Assembly: GCA_964016885.1 (NCBI GenBank)
Contig: OZ024744.1
Coordinates: 89,528,001-89,592,000 of the forward strand
Source of the DNA: Eledone cirrhosa
Taxonomy: Eukaryota
Direction of reading: 5' to 3'
DNA: 64,000 nucleotides
Shown here: one piece after another, positions 29,184 through 41,020 of the stretch
Numbering within the stretch: the first letter of the stretch is position 1
How the letters are laid out: every line of letters starts with the position of its first letter
Translations under genes and position numbers: made by a program
The notes under the pieces: model-generated
Seen by the model: the letters and a program-made list of their open reading frames with translations, nothing else
Database searches by the model: none
What the model was told of the DNA's origin: nothing

Positions 29184-29629
29184 TATTCAAACTGTAAATG
29201 CGGTCACCACGTCAAGCTAGTACAACCGTTACCACTTAAACAATGTAGAACCTATTTTGTGTTAATACACACTCTGAATTTCTTCTTTATGTTCATTGGT
29301 GAGCTTACCCTCATAAGCATCTACCATATCCAAATGAGCCATTTCCCTTCCCTCTCCAGTTCACGAATCATTGTTAGCTCCCCTTCCTATGTCCAATGGT
29401 ATCCATGTAGGATATAGTGAATCTAGCTACACACCCACGATTGGCAACCTTGTTCACTGTCATATATGTATCTCACTCTAATCCCTATATCGATCACGTT
29501 TTATGTCATTTCTTTCATGGGCCCATTCTATATTGCCTTATAAGGCAACACCTAATTAAAAATAAGGGTTTTTTGTTAAATCTATAGTTGGAGTTTTGTT
29601 GTAGCATTATATTGCACAACTAGAGAGAT

Positions 29630-29870
29630 GGGTCAGCAGTGTCGGTAAAGCGTTGGACAACATATTTTCTGGCATAGAGTTACGTCCCGTTACGTTCTAA
29701 GTTCAAATCCCGTCGGGTTTAACCTTACCTTTCAACCTTACGGGATCAATAACATAAAGTACCAGTAACGCACTGGGGGCCGATTTGGTACCAGTAACGC
29801 ATTGAGGTCAATTAAATAAAATACCAGTGAGGCACCGGGTCGATTTAATGAACTTTCCGCTACTCTTCAA
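29630..29870 (+). mobile_element. tRNA-derived SINE, diverged
   Basis: A and B boxes and central domain; duplicated taccagt segments. Confidence 0.7.
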
Positions 29871-29932
29871 ATAATCTGCTTTATAAATTGAGTTTAATTT
29901 TTTACTTTTGTCAAAACGCACCAACATATAAC

Positions 29933-30017
29933 ACGAGAGTCGGCTGAAAAATTCATAGGATGACCAATTTACTCTCATGGAATGACTAAATGAGGTTTAC
30001 TTTTCAACATAGTCCCT
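29933..30017. mobile_element. Mariner-like terminal fragment
   Basis: cgagagtcggctgaaaaattcatagg..ttttcaacatagtccc resembles mariner TIR and subterminal sequence; only one end is present. Confidence 0.4.
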
Positions 30018-30036
30018 GGAAAATAACAATGCAATT

Positions 30037-30648
30037 TATAAGATGATTTCACAGCCCTAGCACCACTCCTCCCTAGTCAGTCTTGAAGGGAAATAATTTG
30101 TCAGGTAAAATAACTGTTCAAGGAAAGTAACTCTTCATACAGAATTCTGCTTATAATAATTGTTTCTACTTCTGGCACAAGGCTTGCAAATTACCTCAGT
30201 ACATTACTGGTACTTTATTTTATCGAGCCCGTAAGGATGAAAGGTAAAGTTAATCTCAGCGGGATTTGAACTCAGAACATAAAGGGATATGCTGCAAAGC
30301 ATGGTGTCTGACGCTCTGCCGATACTGCCAAACCACAATGCAGTTATTAATAAGATGATTTCACAGCCCTAGCACCATTCCTTCCTAGTCAGCCAAAGAA
30401 GGGAAATAATTTGTCAGGAAAAATAACTTTTCAGGGGGAGTAACTCTTCATACAGAATTCTCTCTTATAATAATTGTTTCTACTTTAGGCACAAGGCCAA
30501 CAAATTATCCAGTGCATTACTGGTACTTTATTTTATCGACCCCGTAAGGATGAAAGGCAAAGTTAACCTCGACCTGATTTGAACTCAGATCGTAAAGGGA
30601 CGTAACTATGCTGCAAAGTATGTCCGATCCTCTACCGATACTGCCAAT
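30037..30648 (-). repeat. About 313-bp tandem duplication, each unit with a minus-strand SINE
   Basis: ataagatgatttcacagccctagcacca.. at about 30038 and 30350; SINEs at about 30160-30335 and 30472-30648. Confidence 0.85.
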
Positions 30649-30689
30649 ATAATAATATATTTAATTGTTTTTTAAGTTTATTTAGTGGA

Positions 30690-30880
30690 AACACCATGAC
30701 CTAGCTATAAGGATGTGGGGTCGACGTTCATAATACCTTCAATTCGATTTCCGGACTGGGCAGTACGTTGTGTTTTTGAATAAAATACTACATTCTAAGC
30801 TTCTCCAGTTAACTCAGCTGAGAATGAAAATCAGCAATGGCGTCCCGTCTAGTTCGGAGATTTGCACTCTCATTCAGTCA
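30690..30880 (+). mobile_element. Old tRNA-derived SINE of another family
   Basis: ttcgatttccggactggg..ttgtgtttttgaataaaatact..ctccagttaactcagctg, a decayed B box plus CORE/V-like central segment; followed by (TTC)n. Confidence 0.5.
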
Positions 30881-31184
30881 AGAGTACTTCTTCTTCGCCT
30901 CCTCCTCATCATCATCCTCTAACTCCTCCTTCTTCTTCTTCTTCTTCTTCTTCTTCTTCTTCTTCTTCTTCTTCTTCTTCTTCTTCTTCTTCTTCTTCTT
31001 CCGTGTGTGTATGGGTGTGTGTGTCTCTTTGTCTTTAAAATATCCGCCTGTATAGAAGCGTGACGTTACACTCGAAATATTATGTTTCTTGTTAAAAACA
31101 CACAGGCATGAAACAAACTGTTACATTACACTCTACCTATCCTTGTCTTTACAAACAATTCTTAATGTAATTTTTGTTTATTAT

Positions 31185-31650
31185 TGGTGAATTTGCAGTA
31201 TCGGTGGAGGGTCAGACGCCATGCTTTCCAGTATAGTTACGTCCCTTTACGGTCTGAGTTCAAATCCAGTCGAGGTTAATTTTGCCTTACATCCTTACGG
31301 GATCGATAGAATAAAGTACCAGTGACGTACTGGGTCGATTTAATCGACTTTCCCATACCACCCAAATAACTGGCCTTGTGCCTATACTAGAAATCATTAT
31401 TATTATCATTATTATTACTATTAATGATAATAATAATGATTTCTAGTATAAGGCGGTGGATTGGCAGTATCGGTAGAGGATCGGATGCCATGCTTTGAAG
31501 CATAGAGTTACCTCCCTGTATGATCTGAGTTCAAATCCCGCCGAGGTTAACTTTGCCTTTCATCCTTCCGGGGTCGATAGAATAAAGTACCAGTAATGCA
31601 TTGGGTAATTGCTGGTCTTGTGCCAAAAGTAGAAACAATTATTATTATTA
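31185..31650 (+). mobile_element. Two tandem tRNA-derived SINEs with (ATT)n tails
   Basis: Copies at about 31185-31420 and 31452-31650. Confidence 0.9.
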
Positions 31651-31651
31651 T

Positions 31652-32163
31652 TCTTTGAGTCTCAGTCATTGATCTTATTTAACTGGAAAGTTTGTTGAAA
31701 TGAATATCAAGCCACTACCTGCAGCCTCAGATATTCAGGACGTATCGGAGGGTTCTTGCTGTTCCCAGCAAGCATACCCTTTGAAGTGTTCCAAAAAGCG
31801 GGGCTGGACCAATTTTCTTTAACCATCCTTGGAAACTTTTTGAGATAGTACCTAGTGCGCCTATGACAATCGGGACCACTTTGACTTCATGGCAGTTCCA
31901 AATCCTTTTTAACTCCCACTTTAGGTCCTGGTATCGGTTAATTTTCTCCCTCTCCTTTTTTTGCACTCTCGTGTCGAATGGGCAGGCCACATCCACAATC
32001 AGACACGATCTTTTTTCTTTGTCCACAACCACCAGGTCAGGTCTATTGTGTTCCAGTCTCTTGTCCGTCTGTATCCTAAAATCCCACAGCACCTTCACCT
32101 GATCGTTTTCTATCACCGCCTCTGGCTTATGCTCATACCACTTCTCAGAAGGTGGTAAATTGT
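31652..32163 (-). mobile_element. R4/Dong-like RLE LINE, 3' fragment
   Basis: LWDFRIQTD..NRPDLVVVDK..IVDVACPFD..KINRYQDL..VPIVIGALG; 3' UTR nearly identical to 53730-53803; (ATT)n on both sides. Confidence 0.92.
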
Positions 32164-32174
32164 TATTATTATTA

Positions 32175-32300
32175 TCGCCGAGGTTAACTTTGCCTTTCAT
32201 CCTTTCGGGGTTCGATAAAATAAAGTACCAGTAATGCACTGGTGATAATTGCTGGCCTTGTGCCTAAATTAGAAACAATTATTATTATCATTATTATTAT
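32175..32300 (+). mobile_element. tRNA-derived SINE, 3' half
   Basis: cgccgaggttaactttgcc..ggccttgtgcctaaattagaaacaatt. A further fragment lies at 33320-33445. Confidence 0.85.
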
Positions 32301-32597
32301 TGTTATTGTTGTTATTGTTGTTGTTGTTAACGTCAGCGTTCGTTTGATTACATTTATTTTGTGTGTGTGTGTAGGTGTGTGCGTGTGTGTGTGGATGTAT
32401 GAGTATGCGTGTATGTGTATGTGTATGCACGTGTATTATATTTGTTTTGCGTGTGTGGATTTATATAGATATTTATATGTATATATATATGTGGGTGTTT
32501 ATATATATGTAGTTATGCTTATACGTATGTATCTATATGTATATATTTATATATGTATATGTATATATGTATATATTGTATATGTATGTATATGTGA

Positions 32598-32679
<82 letters not shown>

Positions 32680-32717
32680 TATCGTTGGGTACGCGTATAT
32701 GCGAGTGAGTGTATATG

Positions 32718-32748
<31 letters not shown>

Positions 32749-33002
32749 GTAAATGCGTGTTGGTATTTTTTTATACACACATGTATGTATGTATGTATGT
32801 ATGTATGTATATGTGTATATATGGGGTGTATGTATGAGTGTGTATGTGTGTTTGCACGTATGTACGGTGTGTATATGTGTACATAGGGTTTTGGTATATG
32901 TACGTTTGGTGAACATATGTGTATTTACCTGTAGGTATGTATGTGTGTGCGTTAAATACGTATTTGTGGGTGTATATTTATATACGTTTATAGAATTATA
33001 TG

Positions 33003-33077
<75 letters not shown>

Positions 33078-33949
33078 TCTTTCATGTGTATTTGGTGTAA
33101 ACGTTCGTATGTGTGCGGGTATATGTGTCGCGCCGGTTTACGTACGTGTACGCGTGTTTATGTGTACGTGCATGTATTTGCATGCATGACGTGTGTTTTC
33201 GCCTATGTATGTGTATGTACGTACATAGATGTGTGTATGTATATATTTAATTATTATTGATTTTATGATTTTAATAACCTCTGTCATTTTCGCTCAACTA
33301 ATTTATTTACATTATTCTTAACGGGGTCGATAAAATAAAGTACCAGTAATACACTGGGTATTTGCTGACCTTGTGCCTAACGTAGAAACAATTATTCTTA
33401 ACTCAAAGGGTGGTGGATTGTGCCAAAAGTAGAAACAATTATTCTTAACTCCGAAGCCGAGGATCATTCGGTTCAGCCAGATTGACAGACGAAATAGGTA
33501 GCACCAACAATTATCACTACCATTACCAAGAGGAAGGCAACGACAACAACAGTGACAATAACAATGACCCCGCATCTTGGGTGAAAGAAGGCATTCGAGC
33601 CCCAGCAACCAGCTTGGTAGACGAAATAGGAATCGGTATCAATTAAACTACCACTACCATTAACAAGAAGAAGGATACGACAACGGCAGTGACAATAACA
33701 GCAACAACATATATGTGTATAAACGAACATCTTACCAGCAATCACTACCACCATTAACAAAAGGAAGCCAACTCCAGCATAAGTGACAATAACAACCTTT
33801 GGGTCATTCCGCTGGGAACTACCCCCTGTTTTCTTTTTGTACATTCATCCATCCATTCATTTATTTATTTGCTAACTTTCTACTTTCGTGTGTGACCCCC
33901 TCCATGTAACCCCCCTTCTCTTTTATCTTATCTTCTATCGCCTCCATAT

Positions 33950-35180
33950 CTGGTGTAGGTGAGCTATGAGGCCTCACTCATCCCAAGACTTTCCCTTCCA
34001 CCCACGTGCAGTTGTGCCTAGCACCTAGGCTGGTGACAACCAGCCACTCACCCCTGATGCCGCTTGGTGCCCCAGTCCCCGGCTCCACGCCCCTTCCTCC
34101 ATCCCCACCAGTCGATATCTGCAGCACTTGCAGCACCATCAACAGACGGAAGAGGCGCCAGAACTGTTCGGGGTGCGGCTGCTTCCACCACTTCACCTGT
34201 GTTGGCTTGGCGCGTGGAGCTTCCAGTGCCCTCGCAGCATGGAAATGCAGAAACTATCTCTTCCCCTCGTCTGCTCAGCCGAGACCGTCTGGTACGCCAC
34301 TAGATGAGACAGCGAGCTTGCCTGATGCCCAAGCCTCGCTGGTCAACATCGCTCGGCTCAGGAGGCTCCGGAAGATTCGGCTCACGATCCCGAGAGCGGC
34401 CCGGGTGCCGGTAGCCGATGCCCTAACTTCCTCGATCGAGAGTGCTCTGGACTCCAATCGAGCCAGCGACTGGGAGCGCCTCTTCTATTTCTCCCCACTC
34501 ACCCTCAACCTCCCCAGCTCTGGCGCTGACCGAGGCGGCCTGTCGACAGCAGCCTTTTTCAAGGCCAATGTTTCGTCCTTTGGGCAAGCGCCCATTCCAA
34601 GCGTTTCGAAGGACACCACAACCTCTGCTCTTGGGTGCCTCCAATCCTCCACTCCTGAGGCCAGCGCCAAGCGTTTGCGTGACCGCATAAACGATAAATT
34701 TATCATGGGTGATGTCAAGGCCGCAGTCAGAGTGGTTGCATCAGAAGACACTGCCCTCCAACCCACCGAGGATCCTGGCTACCCTAAGACTCAAGCACCC
34801 TGAGCCACCCGCTGACCTCCGACCCATACCACCACCCGATCCCCATCTGCTCCTTGTGGCTTCCGACGCAGACATCATGTCTGCTATCAAGTCCTTCCCA
34901 GCTAGCAGCAGCGGAGGTGCTGTTAGTCTCCGACCAGGCCATCTCAAGGAGTTGCTACCCCCCACTCTCCACTGAGGTAGGGCGCCGCCTTCTGAGTGCA
35001 ATTGTGGCACTCACCAATAGGCTTATCCATGGCGCCTTGGATCCTCACGCCCGAGGCCTCTTTTTTTCGGCTAGCCTGACCGCTCTCAGGAAGAAAGAGT
35101 GTGGCATACGCCCCATCGCTGTGGGCAATGTCTTCCGGGGGCTGGCTGCTAAGGTAGTCGGCAGCTCCATAACACCTGAA
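33950..35180 (+). mobile_element. CRE-like non-LTR retrotransposon, 5' fragment
   Basis: PHD-like CSTC..CSGCGCFHHFTC..WKC, then the RT N-terminus SFPASSSGG..LRPGHLKE and LTALRKKECGIRPIAVGNVFR, typical of CRE-type RTs; ends abruptly. Confidence 0.75.
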
Positions 35181-35911
35181 CTGCATTCCTGCAATTTCAA
35201 GGATAATTTCCGGTGCTGCAGCAGTTTCTCGTCATTCTGTTGATCCGCTGCAATCTTCTGGAGATCGATAGTGGCAGTGATTGTGGATTGCGTTAAGCTC
35301 CATGCACGATAGGGTATCAGCTGCAGAGTTGGTGGCACCCTTAATGTACCGAATGTCAGTAGTGTACTGAGAAATGAAGTCCATTGAGGTGGACTCCCTG
35401 GTGGACGCTAAGACAACTTGTGTGGCAGAAGGCAAACGCTGGAGGAAGAGTTGCTTGAAAATTTCATCCGGGAGTTTATGTTCTCCCAGGAGCTATTTCA
35501 TTCGCCGTAGGTGTTGCGTCGGCTTTTTATCTCCTAATTCCTCCGATATGAGGAGCTGGTGCAAGCGCTTCTGCTGCGACTCCGACGACCTCTTAATTAA
35601 TGTTGTTTTAAATGTGTCATATGACACAGAGCCGGGTGGTGCTAAAATGAGGTCTCGAACCTCATTCATAATCTCCGGAGACACCGAACCAATGACATGT
35701 GTGAGACCAGATGCCTCGCTAACGATCCGGTTCGATGTGAACTGCGCTTCGATGTGCGCGAACCAGTGTTGGATCGTGCACCCAGAATGATGGTATCCTT
35801 AATGTAAACGCCGCCCGGACTGCCATTTCTGCCGTAGATGAATCATCGTGTGTTAGAGGCATCGTTTGTAATGAATAATCAAAAGGTCGCGTTTGTTTCA
35901 CGGGGTCACCA
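35180..35911 (-). mobile_element. Ty3/Gypsy internal region, internally deleted
   Basis: gag (IPSFWVHDP..WFAHIEAQF, EELGDKKPTQHLRRM, LFLQRLP) joined directly to the RNase H end (FISQYTTDIRYIKGATNSAADTLS). Confidence 0.88.
35901..35911 (-). promoter_or_regulatory. Primer-binding site, tRNA-Trp type
   Basis: TGGTGACCCCG lies 2 nt after the LTR end (..cgctaCA) and is complementary to ..CGGGGUCACCA of eukaryotic tRNA-Trp. Confidence 0.8.
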
Positions 35912-35913
35912 GT

Positions 35914-36671
35914 TGTAGCGAATATTCCGGTCGTAATGGATAAGTGAATAGATGGAATAAGTGAATTGTTGGTATGATGGTTTCAATGCAAAGAATAATA
36001 CCAGGATTGTGTTGTTCCAAAGTTTATTTTATTATAACAATATTCAATTTGAATATTGACTGATAAAATAACATGAAATATTCGTACAATAATTTGGTGG
36101 CTCTTCGAGCCACGTAAATACAAGTATCACAGAATACGATTATAAGATAATTTATATTGTATCTGAAAGATACAATGTGACAGAAATGGTACGTATAAAA
36201 ATGCAAGCAGTGTCAACTTACTATGTGTGCGTGTGTGCGTATTAGTATACATTCTTGTTTTAGCAGTAGTAGTAATCACTCAGTCAGGCGTGTAAGGTGT
36301 GTGAGAAATAGTGGACAGACGTTTTCCGTGAAGGGAGATTTGATAGAGTAGGTGAAATGTCCGTTCTTCTCTGTGGTAACACTTTTTCTGCCGGGGCGTA
36401 AACAACCCATGTATTTATAAGGGTTGAAGTTAGAAGGGTAGATATATCCTCTGACTTTTGGTTAGCATCTCCCAATGGTTGGTTTGCCAGGCGTAAACAA
36501 CTCAGAAGGATGAATATATTATCTGACCTATTTTCTGCCAGGTGTAAACAACCTCTGACCTGTGTTTAGCATCTCCCAAGGGGTTAGTCTTCCTGGCGTA
36601 AACAACTAACCACGGCTTGTCCTAGAGGCGGGAAAGCTCAGATTCGGTGTCGAATCTTCGTCGCCGTTATA
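35914..36671 (-). mobile_element. Gypsy 5' LTR (about 760 bp)
   Basis: Plus-strand ends tgtagcg / cgttata (decayed TG..CA); minus-strand AATAAA near 36025; abuts the PBS and (TA)n. Confidence 0.7.
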
Positions 36672-36688
36672 TATATATATATATATAC

Positions 36689-36810
36689 ATTTATTATAAG
36701 AACAGATTAAAATTTAAGCAAAGAATCGCTGTTTCACCCTTAACGGGATCTTCTTTGCTTAAACTTTAATCTGTTCATATAATAAATATTTGCTCTACTT
36801 GATTTTATAT
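36689..36810. mobile_element. Fold-back pLTR-like cassette, same family as 12701
   Basis: About 37-bp arms; loop on the minus strand reads GAAGA-tccc gttaa gggt-GAAA-cagcga; the family tail resumes at 37750-37800. Confidence 0.65.
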
Positions 36811-36815
36811 TTATA

Positions 36816-36861
<46 letters not shown>

Positions 36862-36863
<2 letters not shown>

Positions 36864-37699
36864 ATGAAGGACTAATTTTATTCATATGTAACCCATGTGA
36901 AACCACGCAGCACACCATTTTTCATATATTTATATTTTTTCCTCCGCTGCGACCTGTCTGTTTCTTTCTTACTGCTTCCCCTTTCTCTGTATCTCTCACC
37001 TTATTTTTACCCCCTCTGCCGGTCGCTCTCTCTCGGCTGGCCTCTTCCTCACACTTTCACTCACTCACTCTCTGCTTCTCTCCCTCTCTCACTTCTTCCC
37101 GTTTAACCTGTGTGAAATCCTTTTCTCGCTCACATCTCACCCAGGTCGGATGGTCTTTACCTCTCGTCTATGATTTCACCGAACTTAAGTTCATAGATAT
37201 CACGGACTTGTTTCTCCTCTTCCTATCTTTCCGTTGCATTACCATCTCCGTTTGTTTACATGTCTCGCTCGCTTCACCCTAATTTATGTGTCCCAATAAC
37301 CTTTTTTTAGTTATTGCTCGCACCAACCAGAGGTATAGCCAGTCACTCTTTCTCAGCTAGCCTCTTCCTTGCCCGTTCACTCACTCTCTCACTTCCTCCC
37401 GTTTGACCTGTGTGAAATCCTTTTCTCGCTCACATCTCGCCCAGGTCGGATGGTCTTAACCTCTCGTCTATGATTTCACCGAGCTTAAGTTCATAGATAT
37501 CACGGACTTGTTTCTCCTCTTCCTCTCTTTCCGTTGCATTACCATCTATGTTTGTTTACATGTCTCGCTCGCTTCACCCTATTTTACGTGTCCCAATAAC
37601 TTTCTTTAGTTATTGCTCGCACCAACCAGAGGTATATGATCTTTAAAGCGAAGAAATACCAATGAAGGTTGGAAGATCACTGATGAAGGACTAATTTTA

Positions 37700-37705
<6 letters not shown>
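36862..37705 (+). mobile_element. Non-coding unit with 25-bp terminal direct repeat and internal 300-bp tandem duplication
   Basis: tgatgaaggactaattttattcata at 36862 and 37681; ctgtgtgaaatcc at 37108 and 37408; (TA)n on both sides. Confidence 0.7.
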
Positions 37706-37751
<46 letters not shown>

Positions 37752-37824
37752 CCTTATCGAACTCTCTTCGGATTTTAGTCTTCACATTTATTATTACTAT
37801 ATATGTACGTATACACACACACAC

Positions 37825-37925
<101 letters not shown>

Positions 37926-38417
37926 TGTGTGTGTGTGTACGCAGACACACACTGTCACTTCCAGTCACATTATGATGACAATAGAAACTTTAATTTTTAA
38001 TTTTCCCACAGGATATAGTTCGGTTGACCACACCACCACAGCACCTCCACCACCACCACCACCACCATCACCGTCAACATCACCACCACCATTACTAACG
38101 ACACTGCATCAGAGCTACCTCGTTCACCACCGCCACCGAGCCACCATCTACCTCTGTCACCACCAGCAAGAACAACATCAACACATTATAAGTCATTTTT
38201 TTTTTTTTTTTTTTTCTCTCTCAAAATTCTCTCATAAACCCACATTCTGTTTCTGGAACGATGATTCTGTTTATATATATTCTCTCCCCTGTGTTAAAAC
38301 ATTTGATATTTAAACTGACGCACACGTATATTTATGCAAATGTACACACGCACACGCACGCGCGTACACACACGCACACACTCACAGATACAGATACACA
38401 CATACACACACACACAC

Positions 38418-38485
<68 letters not shown>

Positions 38486-38486
38486 C

Positions 38487-38592
<106 letters not shown>

Positions 38593-38833
38593 GCAAAAGG
38601 TATATTCAATTTGTTGGTAATTCAACAAATACAAATGTTTATAACTGATTCAGAGCACTCGACAGATTTCTGGAGTATAATATTCAATGATATTAAATAA
38701 ATGGAAACTATATTTATTAAACCATATTTATTCTATTATAAGGTATCAGAAGAGAGATATGTGTAAAAGCTAAACTCGTAATCTTCAATTCGTTATTCAC
38801 ACCAACCCTTACCTATGGTCATGAATCTTATGT

Positions 38834-38864
<31 letters not shown>

Positions 38865-39127
38865 AAGAAGAAGAAGAAGAAGAAGGAGAAGAATCTTAAA
38901 AGGCTAATTAGAGATAAATGTATTTGTGAGGAGGAAAAAATAAGCATATTACATATAGAGTCATGCTCTATTATTTTCTCAAGTACGCAAGTCCATTAGT
39001 TGCTTGTTGTGTCATTTTCATAACACAAGAACTATAGTTTCTTTAACAAGCATCTTTTTTTTTTTTATTACACATTCAGATTAGTATCAAGCTATTGTTT
39101 TTATTTATCATTATTTTTATTATTTGG

Positions 39128-39312
39128 GGGCGGTGGATTGGCAGTATCGGTAGAGAGTCGGACACCATGCTTTGAAGCATAGAGTTACATCCCTTTATGA
39201 TCTGAGTTCAAATTCCGCCGAGGTTAACTTTGCCTTTCATCCTTACGGGGTCGATAAAATAAAGTACCAGTAATGTACTGGGTAATTGCTGCCAAAGTAG
39301 AAACAATTATTT
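39128..39312 (+). mobile_element. tRNA-derived SINE, full length
   Basis: ggcggtggattggcagtatcggtag..gagttcaaattcc..gtagaaacaatt. Confidence 0.92.
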
Positions 39313-39607
39313 TTATTGATGCATTAAAAAATAATTGTATCGCTTAGTCAGAGTATAGAGAATGGCGCCATGAATCTTTTGAGTATCTCTGAGATTGATG
39401 GAGCGAGAAGTTACCCTTCGGTTAGAAACCTGGCCCAACCCAAACCCTATCCAATTGATTAGCATGATTTCGTGGAAACAATTTTTTTCGAAACCCTCGA
39501 TAAAATTGTATGTTTTTGAGAACATTTTTTTCAATTGCCATGAAAGCAAAAGTTGTTTAGTCGTTCTTCGAATAATGTCAATCGGTGTACCTTATTTAGA
39601 TGTTTTA

Positions 39608-39807
39608 AGGGCGGTGGATTGGCAGAATCCGTAGAGCGCCGGACAACATGCTTTGTGGAATTCTGATTTCAAATCCCACCGATGTTAGCTTTGTCTTTCT
39701 CCCTTGCGGGGTCGATAACATAAAGTACACTATGGTCGATTTAATTGACACCCCCCCCCCCCCTTAAAATTTCGGGCCTTGTGTCTAAAGTAGAAACAAT
39801 TATTATA
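39608..39807 (+). mobile_element. tRNA-derived SINE directly upstream of the Tx1 array
   Basis: A box, decayed B box, tail ggccttgtgtctaaagtagaaacaattatt. Confidence 0.85.
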
Positions 39808-41020
39808 ATCTCTGGTGCTTCCTTAACGGTGAACAGGTGTGGTTGCCGTTTGCCAGACCTGCTTTTCCCCCAGCTCGCTTATTAACGGAGCTGCAGTCCT
39901 GGATCAGGAAAAGACGGAGGGATAGCGCTTGGCAGCTGGAATGTCTCCAAGCGCCCACAGCCTTCTACCAGCTGGGCACTAGTATCGGTGGAACATCCAC
40001 CTCGGCGTCCTATAGAGGACTAGTGGAGGGGAAGAGTGACGACTTTCTCGGGGAGACCGTGGGCGTCGAAGATGATCAGCTGTTTCCTCTTTTCAAGCCC
40101 GGGGCCTATGGACAACTTCCAGAAACCCCTGGCCTTGCAGTGCTACCGGGGAATGTTGCCGGTTCGAGATAAACTCTACAGACACGGAAGTGCCGTCAGC
40201 CGAACCTATCCGAGATGCGTGCAGGGCGACGAAACCGTCGTGCACACACTCGTTCAGTGCCCGAGCATTGCTGACTTGTGGAGTTATGTCGAACAGTTGC
40301 TGTCGCGTGTAGGACGGACCCGGTTATAGACTGAGTCCATTGTGCAGATAGCCTTCCCGCCCTCCTTTAAGGAGGAGGAAGGGAAGGCAGTTTTCATCTG
40401 CCTGTTTGCCTTGGTAAAAGTGATGGTATGGTAAACAAGGCTGAAAGGATTGAAGACGGACACTTTCCTCTTCGGCAAATCCCTGATTAACTTCTTCAAA
40501 TTTCACTTGAAGAGGAAAATCAGGGTTGAAAGGTGAGTGAAAGTGGCGAGTCTGTTCCGAAAGATTGTATGGTGAACAAGGTTGAAAGGATTGAAGACGG
40601 ACACTTTCCACTTCGGCGAATCCCTGATTAACTTTTTCAGGTTTTAGAAAAATCAGGGTGGAGAGACAAGTGCTGTCTTCTAGTAAGTTTGTTGAAAGGT
40701 GGGTGAAAGTGGCGAGTCTGGTCCGAAAGAACGAGCCCATTCTGAGTAAGCGCCTGTAGACAGAGGAGTGGGAAAACTAAGAGAGGGCGCTTGCCCTGGT
40801 GGTCAGGGTGGCAGGGGTCTTTTGTGTAGTTTTCGCTACGGGTGACCCTCGGAGGTTTCTCCCCTGTTGGGGAATTTTTGTTGTTTGAATTTTTTTGATT
40901 TGTTTTTACACATTTCTATATTCTTGTTGTAACCTTTTTACATGGCCAAACCCCACTTTGTATCGTCCTGTACCGTTCTGTGCCATCTGTAATATTTTTC
41001 TTCTATGTTAGCCCTTGTGG
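39808..41020 (+). mobile_element. Tx1-like LINE copy 1 (3' fragment)
   Basis: Homologous to 49650-50770 (LPVRDKLYRHG..ETV.H.LVQCP); internal duplication of about 140 bp; lacks the tail. Confidence 0.9.

Noticed and set aside
33485-33800. Three diverged ACC/AAC-rich repeats, and a 79-bp duplication at 57422-57560
   Set aside because: Ordinary low-complexity tandem duplications with no further signal.
39128-39312. SINE heads as real tRNA genes
   Set aside because: A-B box spacing is enlarged, there is no acceptor stem, and they are always attached to the SINE body.
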